From a virus (taxonomy: Duplodnaviria > Caudoviricetes): a stretch of 41,232 bases of DNA. Below the pieces are notes generated by a model, which made no database searches, had not been told where the DNA came from, and worked only from the letters and a program-made list of their open reading frames with translations. Location of the stretch: IMG/VR virus record IMGVR_UViG_3300044698_000136, positions 1-41,232 of that record. One strand, written 5' to 3'. A program made the translations under genes and the position numbers. Within the stretch, counting starts at the first letter, position 1; each line of letters starts with the position of its first letter. Positions 1 to 6,567 of the stretch are shown here, one piece after another.

Positions 1-127
1 GTTCGATGGCCTGCTGGTGGTTGAGCGCCATGTTCTCAAGGTTCGAGTTGGGGAAAGCGCGGCGTTCCGCATCCAAATCAGCCCAACGACCGTCGAGGAT
101 TTGGAGGACGAGCCGGGCCTCCTGGTC
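1..127. repeat. 127-bp direct terminal repeat, copy 1 (assembly overlap, circular contig)
   Basis: 1..127 is identical to 41106..41232; 127 is a common assembler k-mer; an ORF reads through the join. Confidence 0.95.
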
Positions 128-211
128 CGTCAACGTCACCCTGACTTCAGGGCGGTCCTTGTGGTTCCATCCCAGGTCGAGGGGCGGGTGGTCACCGAAT
201 GAAGCGGTCAT
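1..211 (-). CDS. 80-aa hypothetical protein crossing the circular junction (ATG at 211, stop at 41074-41076)
   Basis: Manual translation MTASFGDHPPLDLGWNHKDRPEVRVTLTDQEARLVLQILDGRW...IQNKLRTVL; GGAG upstream; stop overlaps next start (GTGA); absent from the ORF track. Confidence 0.8.
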   Translation of the reverse strand, partial: MTASFGDHPPLDLGWNHKDRPEVRVTLTDQEARLVLQILDGRWADLDAERRAFPNSNLENMALNHQQAIE

Positions 212-446
212 AAATCTCCGGTGGAGTGTGAGCCGGGCAGTAAGCGACAGGAGCTTCAAAACGGGGGTCGTTGTTGCGGAGGGACGCGGTGACAACCGCA
301 CGTTCCCGGTGGAGGGGTCCGGTGGTTGTGCAAACGACGCAGAGGAGGGGTTCACCGTTCGGCCAGGTGACACCTTCCGGGAACCGTTCAACGTCCTTAA
401 ACCAGAAGCCGGGTTCAGGTCTCGCAGCCAGGACCGAATCGTTCAC
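192..446 (-). CDS. hypothetical protein with CxxC/CxxH
   Basis: Stop/start-coupled to 443..652; CVVC and YCPAH. Confidence 0.7.
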   Translation of the reverse strand: MNDSVLAARPEPGFWFKDVERFPEGVTWPNGEPLLCVVCTTTGPLHRERAVVTASLRNNDPRFEAPVAYCPAHTPPEIYDRFIR

Positions 447-652
447 GCTGACACTCCGAGAGCCTGCCGGGGGCGGGGACGACTGGGAGGAAAGGAGGCT
501 TCCCCGGCCCCGGCAAGACTTTTACAATCAACACAAACCAGCTCAGACCCCAACCGCACGTACACAGGTGCGTTCAAACCGCAGGAAGGGCAAGCGGTAG
601 GGGAGGGCAGGTCAGAGAAGAAGTCGGGAGTGAAACCGTTCACCCAACTCAC
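443..652 (-). CDS. small Zn-ribbon protein
   Basis: CPSC...CVDC; GTGA coupling. Confidence 0.7.
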   Translation of the reverse strand: MSWVNGFTPDFFSDLPSPTACPSCGLNAPVYVRLGSELVCVDCKSLAGAGEASFPPSRPRPRQALGVSA

Positions 653-822
653 GATTCCTCGTCCTCATCGTCAAAGTTCCAGTCGATGTATTCCCGCATC
701 GCCTGCGCCTGCTCCTTGAAGGCGTGATCGCCCGTCTCCCCAAACCGGTAGTTCCACTCGTCTAGCCAGAACTCGGCCTCGTGCTCGTCCGCAATCGGAA
801 TCTTGAAGTCAGGGTGACTCAC
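649..822 (-). CDS. 57-aa acidic protein, paralog of 28410..28592
   Basis: GTG at 822 aligns with the paralog start; PDFKIPIADEHEA shared. Confidence 0.8.
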   Translation of the reverse strand: MSHPDFKIPIADEHEAEFWLDEWNYRFGETGDHAFKEQAQAMREYIDWNFDDEDEES

Positions 823-889
823 AACGCCCGCCCGTTGGAAACCAGCCCGGCCGCGGAAAGGGACGCCTCCCCGCGGCAGGAATTCAGAC

Positions 890-1045
890 TCACGACGCCC
901 GCTCCGTCGGAAGTTGCTCACCCAAACGGTGAAGATGCTTGTAGACCGCCTGCGGTGAAATGTTGAGATGCCGGGCAACCTCAAGGACCGTCAGCCCTTT
1001 GCCGAGAAGCTCTCGCACTCTGTCCTTTGTGGGTTTGCTTGGCAT
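890..1045 (-). CDS. Cro-like small HTH regulator, first gene of the early operon
   Basis: GLTVLEVARHLNISPQAVYKHL helix-turn-helix; ATG 9 nt after the -10 box (near-leaderless). Confidence 0.8.
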   Translation of the reverse strand: MPSKPTKDRVRELLGKGLTVLEVARHLNISPQAVYKHLHRLGEQLPTERAS

Positions 1046-1140
1046 GTTGGTACCAACGTACCCTATAATCACATAGTTGTCAACCACCTAAAGTGGTTAA
1101 TGTTCATAGGCTCCAAGGTGGCCTAGAGGTTGACAACCTT
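1046..1140. promoter_or_regulatory. candidate operators with GTTG/CAAC inverted half-sites
   Basis: GTTGGTACCAAC 1046-1057; GTTGTCAAC 1076-1084; AGGTTGACAACCT 1127-1139; the last two overlap the -35 boxes. Confidence 0.6.
1055..1083 (-). promoter_or_regulatory. leftward sigma70/SigA promoter (early lytic)
   Basis: TTGACA-N17-TACGTT on the minus strand. Confidence 0.75.
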
Positions 1141-1158
1141 CCAACCTTTGTGTATAAC
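1130..1158 (+). promoter_or_regulatory. rightward promoter for the repressor operon
   Basis: TTGACA-N17-TATAAC. Confidence 0.85.
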
Positions 1159-1197
1159 AAGCAGACAAGGAGGGCTAAGCCCAAGGAGGCAACGGAA

Positions 1198-1533
1198 ATG
1201 ACGACGAAGTTTCGATCCATCGGGGACATGCTCAAAGACCGTCGGGGCGACGGACAGAAGTCCGACGTGTACCGGAAGCTCAACGTGAGCGCCGGTACCT
1301 ACAACAGTTGGGAAAGCGACATGTACGTTCCCGGCGACGAGTACGCAGAGGAACTAGCCGACCACCTCGGCATCGAGTACAAGGACATGGTGTGGTACCT
1401 TCACCTCGCCCGCAAAGCAAAGGGGGGGGCGGGGCCACTTGACATAACGTGGACTCCGGGCATTCACCAGCCGGGATGGTTCGACCGGCCTATAGAAGTG
1501 TTCGCCGGTGATGGGATACTCAGAGTCGCATAA
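1198..1533 (+). CDS. XRE-family HTH repressor (CI-like) with an unstructured C-terminal tail
   Basis: AAGGAGG SD before ATG 1198; KSDVYRKLNVSAGTYNSWE...P...LADHLGI matches the XRE pattern; divergent from the Cro-like gene. Confidence 0.8.
   Translation: MTTKFRSIGDMLKDRRGDGQKSDVYRKLNVSAGTYNSWESDMYVPGDEYAEELADHLGIEYKDMVWYLHLARKAKGGAGPLDITWTPGIHQPGWFDRPIEVFAGDGILRVA
1437..1464 (-). other. dif-like XerC/XerD site, candidate attP
   Basis: Minus strand AATGCCCGGAG-TCCACG-TTATGTCAAGT; the right arm matches the mycobacterial dif XerD arm as I recall it; the left arm is degenerate. Confidence 0.55.
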
Positions 1534-1554
1534 ACCCCAACCCGAGCACTCCCC

Positions 1555-1827
1555 ATGTCCTCCGTCCACCGTGGCGACTACCAGCGGATGCGCCACCACA
1601 TGACCATCGCCCTCCTCGAAGCCGAAACAATGGAGCCCAAAACCCAGATCGCATACGCCAGAGGAGAAGTACCCGCTGTCCTCCCCGCGAACATGGGGTT
1701 AGTCCGGTTACTGCTCATCAGAGCAGACAGGGTCACCAGGGACACGCTGGACCGGCTGATAGCCACCCACTACGACATTTACGCCGACCGGACGTACACC
1801 GACCGGCAGCTCGCCGAAAGCGCATGA
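1555..1827 (+). CDS. hypothetical protein in the repressor operon
   Basis: 90-aa ORF filling the gap between repressor and lipoprotein. Confidence 0.65.
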   Translation: MSSVHRGDYQRMRHHMTIALLEAETMEPKTQIAYARGEVPAVLPANMGLVRLLLIRADRVTRDTLDRLIATHYDIYADRTYTDRQLAESA

Positions 1828-1843
1828 CTAGAATGGAAGGGCC

Positions 1844-2131
1844 ATGAGGCTAATGATCGCAGCCGTACTCCTGTTGGCAGGATGCAGCGGAGAACCCCCG
1901 ACGATCGACAACACCGACGTCGAACAGTTGCAGGACGAGCTTGGCGCCATCAACGAATGCACCGCCGAATGGGATGCCTACGTCGACGAGTGGAACGCCC
2001 TGACCGTAGCCAGAGACGAGGCCGGTGACGACAACGTCGTTGTCGACGGCGTAGCGTACGAGGACTATGAGTCGTACGCCACGGCTAAGGGGTATCCACT
2101 CAGCTTCGAGGAACACTGCCCCGAAAGCTGA
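1844..2131 (+). CDS. lipoprotein, possible superinfection exclusion
   Basis: Signal peptide with lipobox LLLAGC; acidic mature region; position in the immunity operon. Confidence 0.75.
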   Translation: MRLMIAAVLLLAGCSGEPPTIDNTDVEQLQDELGAINECTAEWDAYVDEWNALTVARDEAGDDNVVVDGVAYEDYESYATAKGYPLSFEEHCPES

Positions 2132-2134
2132 AAC

Positions 2135-2157
2135 CGCATAAAGCTAAATCATGCGGA
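2135..2157. terminator. weak hairpin between convergent operons
   Basis: CCGCAT...ATGCGG inverted repeat between stops at 2131 and 2168. Confidence 0.35.
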
Positions 2158-2167
2158 CAGGGGGCAA

Positions 2168-2401
2168 CTAGTAGAGGGGACCGTTCGTCGATTGCCCGAG
2201 GCTGAGGATCTTCGACAACACAGGGATCTTGTCCTCCAACCAGTTCAACCCGAACGTCACAACACCCAACGTGACAGTCACCGCAGCAGCCTGCAACGCC
2301 ATCTCATCCAAGTCGACACCCTTCGACGCCAACCAGACAACACCAGCAGTCACAGCACCCTGCACCGCAGTACGAATACCAGCCGTTATATAGTCTCTCA
2401 T
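2168..2401 (-). CDS. holin-like two-TM membrane protein (frame stays open up to 2581)
   Basis: IRTAVQGAVTAGVVWLASKGVDL...WLEDKIPVL pattern typical of actinophage holins; purine-rich SD before ATG 2401. Confidence 0.7.
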   Translation of the reverse strand: MRDYITAGIRTAVQGAVTAGVVWLASKGVDLDEMALQAAAVTVTLGVVTFGLNWLEDKIPVLSKILSLGQSTNGPLY

Positions 2402-2577
2402 CAATCTCTCTTTCTGTTGTTTTGGGTACGGTTCGAGGTAACACCCCGGTCTGAAAACGAGTTTGAGGATTCCCATGCGACCACCTTCCTCAATAGGTTC
2501 ATGGTTCAAGTCGTAGATCAACGTGGCGAACACCCGTTCAACAATCCGCGCACTCTCCGAAGAGGTCAGGTAGGTGA

Positions 2578-2760
2578 TCATTTGACTTCGAAATGTCGGG
2601 TGAGCCAGCCGAACACGGCGACCACGATCACCGCTCGAGCAGCTCGTGGAAGTCGGCGCACCAGCGAAGTGATGGTGGGAAGGCGTCCGCTTATGAGCGC
2701 AGCAGCCTCATACGAAGACACCACTGTCAACGCACCAGATTCGAAAGTGACATCACGCAC
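2578..2760 (-). CDS. small membrane protein
   Basis: GGAGG SD; C-terminal hydrophobic stretch. Confidence 0.55.
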   Translation of the reverse strand: MRDVTFESGALTVVSSYEAAALISGRLPTITSLVRRLPRAARAVIVVAVFGWLTRHFEVK

Positions 2761-2873
2761 AAGGAACCTCCAAAGATTGGCCGGGAGAGGGAAGGGAGAG
2801 GCTTCCCCCGACCCGGCTTCGGGTCCCGGCCTGCTGGCGAACGGAGAACCAGCAGACCAGGAAAATGAACGGG

Positions 2874-2978
2874 CGGCGAGAGAAGGATTCGAACCTCCGG
2901 AGGGTCGGGGAATAGAAGAGCCCCAACCCCCACCGAGTTAGCAACCCGGCGCATTCAACCAGACTCTGCCATCTCGCC
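2874..2978 (-). tRNA. tRNA-Ser(GCT), 105 nt, extra-long variable arm, CCA not encoded
   Basis: Acceptor GGCGAGA/TCTCGCC, G73, D-loop GG, anticodon arm CCGGG-TTGCTAA-CTCGG, T arm GGAGG-TTCGAAT-CCTTC. Confidence 0.92.
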
Positions 2979-2984
2979 AGACTG

Positions 2985-3659
2985 TCAGAACGGTGCGAGC
3001 GCAGCGTTGACCACCGCCTGCACCTCATCGGAATACTTCGGGTTCCCCACCTCCGAAACCACCGTCAGGTCACAGGGGATACGATCCGACTCCGACTCCG
3101 ACGAATGCTCATACGGCAACCCCCCCAACCGTGAACGCCTGACACTCTCCGAAGCTTCAACCCTGACGAGGATCCCGTTGTTGCGGCGGATCATGTCCGC
3201 CTCGTTCCCAAACCGAACGTCAGTGAACACCGGAACAAACCCCTCGCCCTCAGCGCTGACCGCCTGCAGTTCCGCTTTGTTCACCCAATACTCATCGTCC
3301 TCCGACCGCCGGAGGTCGGTACCCCACCACTGCAAAAGTCTTCGTATCTCGTCGGGGTAAGGCTTGTCCCACAGCACATCGATACCCGTCACCTCGAGCG
3401 CATCTTCGATTTCGTAACGGACTTCATCTGCGAAGCTCACGCGGTGGAACCGTTCGTCTCGGGCGCTCATAGCCGCCACTGTGTAATCCTTTCCGACCCC
3501 GGCCCGTCCAACCAAACCAATCCAACTCACACTGTTCTCCTTCAAATGTTTGGGTGGTGCCATCGGCCCACCCGGTTCGTATCGTTCATCCGGGTTCGGC
3601 TCCCCGTTGTCATGAAAGGGGTGGGGCCTTCCGTCCAGGCACCGAATGCAGACGGTCAT
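2985..3659 (-). CDS. deoxynucleoside monophosphate kinase with a short Cys/His N-terminal extension
   Basis: GRAGVGKD P-loop, SFAD, RRLLQWWGT, TDVRFGNE, HSSE. Confidence 0.9.
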   Translation of the reverse strand: MTVCIRCLDGRPHPFHDNGEPNPDERYEPGGPMAPPKHLKENSVSWIGLVGRAGVGKDYTVAAMSARDERFHRVSFADEVRYEIEDALEVTGIDVLWDKPYPDEIRRLLQWWGTDLRRSEDDEYWVNKAELQAVSAEGEGFVPVFTDVRFGNEADMIRRNNGILVRVEASESVRRSRLGGLPYEHSSESESDRIPCDLTVVSEVGNPKYSDEVQAVVNAALAPF

Positions 3660-4255
3660 TCAGGACGCCACACCTTGGGGGGTCCCAACAGGCGCCGGTC
3701 GATCAACGCCTGACGCAAAGCGATGTTTTGGAGCACGTCATACACCGCCCGCTCAACACCCTTCTCCAACCCTTTCACCGTCAAACGGTTCGCCTCCCTC
3801 CACCGCGGCACGTTCATATGCACCTTCGGAGCTTCGAGTCCGAACATCTCAGAGAGGTTCTCCTGCGACTTCGAAATCCCCTTCATCGGTGGCAGGTCGT
3901 TTTTCGTGTCCTGAGTGAGCTTCCGACCGAGGGCCGATTCACCCAATTCGACCAGCATCGCGTTCACCAACGGCAGGTCGTAGTTGCGGATGTAATGCCC
4001 GCAGACAAGGTCGGCTTCGTCGTAGGCTTTGCGGAACGCTCTCAGCATTGAGAGCCTCGAGCGGTCGTCCTTCGTCAACGCCCGAACCTCAACCTCGCCC
4101 GGTTCCCCGATCCACTTCCAAGCGATCACAGTGATCTCCTGGTGGACGAAGTCCGAAGCCAACCAGCCGAGAGGCCGGGATTCACAGTCGAAGTCGAGGA
4201 GACGCAGGGACCTAGTTCGAACCCGCACGGTCCATACCCTGCACTTCCAGTTCAC
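3656..4255 (-). CDS. RNase H-like (DEDD-type) 3'-5' exonuclease
   Basis: DFDCE, GHYIRNYDLP, YDV motifs; start uncertain. Confidence 0.75.
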   Translation of the reverse strand: MNWKCRVWTVRVRTRSLRLLDFDCESRPLGWLASDFVHQEITVIAWKWIGEPGEVEVRALTKDDRSRLSMLRAFRKAYDEADLVCGHYIRNYDLPLVNAMLVELGESALGRKLTQDTKNDLPPMKGISKSQENLSEMFGLEAPKVHMNVPRWREANRLTVKGLEKGVERAVYDVLQNIALRQALIDRRLLGPPKVWRPE

Positions 4256-4496
4256 CGATCTTCGTACCCAGCGCCTCGTTCATCGCCTGATCCACCCACT
4301 GAGCGAAATCAGATTCGAGTTCCAACCGCTGCCCGGTTTCGAGACTCTTGATGTACTCATCCCAGGCGCCGGTCAGCAGCTTGTTAAGGACCGCCTCCCG
4401 GAAGTCGCTGATCTCCGTGTCGAGCTGTCGGGTTATCCTTCTCCTTATCGAGTTCCATCGGAGGTCCGTCTCGTCCTTCTCGCGATATCTGGCCAT
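4212..4496 (-). CDS. hypothetical helical protein
   Basis: ORF in operon context. Confidence 0.65.
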   Translation of the reverse strand: MARYREKDETDLRWNSIRRRITRQLDTEISDFREAVLNKLLTGAWDEYIKSLETGQRLELESDFAQWVDQAMNEALGTKIGELEVQGMDRAGSN

Positions 4497-4499
4497 GGG

Positions 4500-4901
4500 C
4501 TATCCCCGGTCCTTTCTCGTCCATGCAGCGAATGCTGCTAATCCGACCCCGGAGGGCCGGAAACCTTTTTCGGACTTCAGACGACGCCGGTAGCGTGCCT
4601 GGGCGAACAGGTGTTTAAAACTTTGCTGCGGGGTTGCCATAAGGTCGGCGTTACGGTCGGCGCACTCCCGGCAACGTGTCTCCGTATCAGCCGGGGCTCC
4701 GCAGTAAATGCACAGATCGGATTGGCGGCGTGCCTCACGACGGGAGTTCTGGTATTCGAGGAAGTCGACCCGGCAACGGAAGTACCCGCCAGCAACAACC
4801 CTCGAATCCCCGTTCCACAGGTTCGGTTGGCTGTGGCATTCACAGGTGGGCCACGGTGAGCCTTCGGTTTCGAGCTGGGAGCGTTTCTCCGCTGTCTTCA
4901 A
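4500..4901 (-). CDS. Zn-finger protein
   Basis: TTG at 4901 overlaps the upstream TGA; CECH, CIYC...CREC. Confidence 0.6.
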   Translation of the reverse strand: MKTAEKRSQLETEGSPWPTCECHSQPNLWNGDSRVVAGGYFRCRVDFLEYQNSRREARRQSDLCIYCGAPADTETRCRECADRNADLMATPQQSFKHLFAQARYRRRLKSEKGFRPSGVGLAAFAAWTRKDRG

Positions 4902-5092
4902 AGAACGACAGCTATGCCGATGATCGTCAGGATGAGAGGGACGAGCGCCGCCCACGACACTTTCTCGCCGTGTTGGTGGCCGTCGAGTTTCGAGTCGATC
5001 CGGTCGAGGCGTTTAATAACCTCCGCGTGGCGTTCGTCCAAGAAATCGCGGAGGGGTACACCGTTGTAACCTCGGCTGCTTGAAGGGGTCAT
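4898..5092 (-). CDS. small lysis-associated membrane protein (coiled coil plus C-terminal TM)
   Basis: Directly follows endolysin; RLDRIDSKLD followed by a hydrophobic helix. Confidence 0.7.
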   Translation of the reverse strand: MTPSSSRGYNGVPLRDFLDERHAEVIKRLDRIDSKLDGHQHGEKVSWAALVPLILTIIGIAVVL

Positions 5093-5964
5093 CAGACGGC
5101 TTTCATGGTGAGGTTGTTTAACTCGGCGGCGACAGCAGCCCGGAGAGCAGGTGACATTTCGGCGACAACCGCCTGAGCAATAGCAGCCTCGTCTACGGAG
5201 TCGAGGGCACCGACCAGATCTTTGGTGGCAACAGAGTTCTTATAGCCCTTGACCAACGCCGACAAGACAGAGATCTTCCCTGTTGGACTGATGCCCTCCT
5301 CGGTCCATTCACGAGACAGGACGGCGTCCGCCGACGCTTTCGGTATGGTTCCCACAGCGGCGAGCACCGCGTCTAGCTTCGCTTCCTGTTCGGGTGTCAT
5401 GGTGTCCTCCAATGCTTCACGGATTGCTTCGATGGCCCGGTTCGAGCCGTTCCAGTTCGGGTCGTTCTTGCGGGTGGTCCACTCGGCGTGGGAGACCACG
5501 TTGCCCGGACCGAGTCCGTAGTGGTCTAGGACGACGCGGGTTGCGGCCACAATGGCGTCGTGTTGGACTTGGGGGAGTGGTCCGCCGTCGCCCGCGTGGT
5601 CGTTTTCGAAATTGAAGTAGTAGGCGTTGCCGCCCATGTCGTCGGAGAGGCCACGCTCGCGGGCGTTCTGAGTCGGTGGTTGACCGGCGCGGACCTCTGA
5701 GAGCACCACGCTCGACCCGGATCCCGACGAGTAGTTGCACGCCTTCTGAGCGATCAGCCACACCGTCCCGTCAGGTTTGGTGTTGATGTTGGCCTTGAGC
5801 AGATCCCCGTAGAGCTTGGACACCGGGTAGGGGACTGGTGCCGCGGTGTGATGCTCCATGATCCCGACGGGTTTGCCGACAGCCCACGCACCGCCGCGGG
5901 TGCCCCATCCGTCTACCACCTTGACGTTGAGCCCGGCGGCTTCCAGCTCGGTGCGTAGGGACAT
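5092..5964 (-). CDS. endolysin, N-acetylmuramoyl-L-alanine amidase (Amidase_2)
   Basis: HHTA, FENDH, SHAEWTTRKNDP Zn-amidase motifs. Confidence 0.9.
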   Translation of the reverse strand: MSLRTELEAAGLNVKVVDGWGTRGGAWAVGKPVGIMEHHTAAPVPYPVSKLYGDLLKANINTKPDGTVWLIAQKACNYSSGSGSSVVLSEVRAGQPPTQNARERGLSDDMGGNAYYFNFENDHAGDGGPLPQVQHDAIVAATRVVLDHYGLGPGNVVSHAEWTTRKNDPNWNGSNRAIEAIREALEDTMTPEQEAKLDAVLAAVGTIPKASADAVLSREWTEEGISPTGKISVLSALVKGYKNSVATKDLVGALDSVDEAAIAQAVVAEMSPALRAAVAAELNNLTMKAV

Positions 5965-6003
5965 CTAGAAACCCCCTCAAGTCGGCCTTGTTCGGTGCCG
6001 ATG

Positions 6004-6082
6004 TGTATACTGAAATAAGAAAGCGCCCGCAACTACGCAAATAGTCCGGGCGCATGGCCAACACTTACAAGGAGTGTCAGCA
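6004..6082 (+). promoter_or_regulatory. moron promoter (extended -10) and structured leader
   Basis: GTGTATACT; hairpin GCGCCCG...CGGGCGC; second hairpin ACACT...AGTGT overlapping the AAGGAG SD. Confidence 0.5.
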
Positions 6083-6169
6083 ATGCCAACCGTACTAGTC
6101 CGTTGTCCCGAATGTGGGAACCTCAGCTTTGACCCTCGGGTCGGAGTGTGCAGCGAGAAAAAGAAATGA
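6083..6169 (+). CDS. 28-aa CxxC peptide
   Basis: AAGGAG SD; MPTVLVRCPECGNLSFDPRVGVCSEKKK; ATGA-coupled to the next gene. Confidence 0.6.
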   Translation: MPTVLVRCPECGNLSFDPRVGVCSEKKK

Positions 6170-6558
6170 AGGCCCCGATACTTGTATTAGGAGCCCTAAT
6201 CGGGGCTTCGGTCGCCTGGTTTCTGATCCCCCGGATCGAAGTGGTAGAAGCCGCCGGATACGATCCCGTCCCCCAAGTCGCAACCTCATGTGACGCCTGG
6301 ACTATCAGAGAAACCGGACCCGACTACTACTGGGACGGAGAAGGTACCGAAACCCAGACATCCACCGCGGATTACTGGACTGTGGAGACTCTCGACAACG
6401 GGACACCCGTTCTGTCAGAACCAGCCGAGCAGGGAGAGGCGATCGTCATCCGACCCGCACCCCTCCTCCTGGTGTTCTCAGTGGTGTGGTGGGATGCCGA
6501 CCGATCAGGCGAACCCGAGGAACTGTCACGGGTCAGAGTATTCGTGGAAGACTGCTGA
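6166..6558 (+). CDS. membrane-anchored or secreted moron protein
   Basis: N-terminal TM helix (ILVLGALIGASVAWFLI); opposite to the late operon. Confidence 0.75.
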   Translation: MKAPILVLGALIGASVAWFLIPRIEVVEAAGYDPVPQVATSCDAWTIRETGPDYYWDGEGTETQTSTADYWTVETLDNGTPVLSEPAEQGEAIVIRPAPLLLVFSVVWWDADRSGEPEELSRVRVFVEDC

Positions 6559-6567
6559 CCACTCCCT

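Noticed and set aside
600-607. GGGNAGGG KOPS-like octamer pointing at the dif-like site
   Set aside because: Expected by chance at this GC content, and another copy near 2789 has the wrong polarity
649-822. Duplicate with 28410..28592 as a diversity-generating retroelement TR/VR pair
   Set aside because: No reverse transcriptase; differences are not adenine-specific and both copies are intact genes
1439-1467. TTGACA within the repressor gene as an internal promoter
   Set aside because: No TAnnnT at 16-18 nt spacing; the flanking bases fit a XerD arm better
2874-2978. tRNA-Sec, allo-tRNA or intron-containing tRNA
   Set aside because: Anticodon GCT with a canonical 7/5 fold; the extra length is in the variable arm, not the anticodon loop
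2874-2978. tRNA as the attP core
   Set aside because: No integrase is adjacent or recognised elsewhere; cannot be excluded without a host genome
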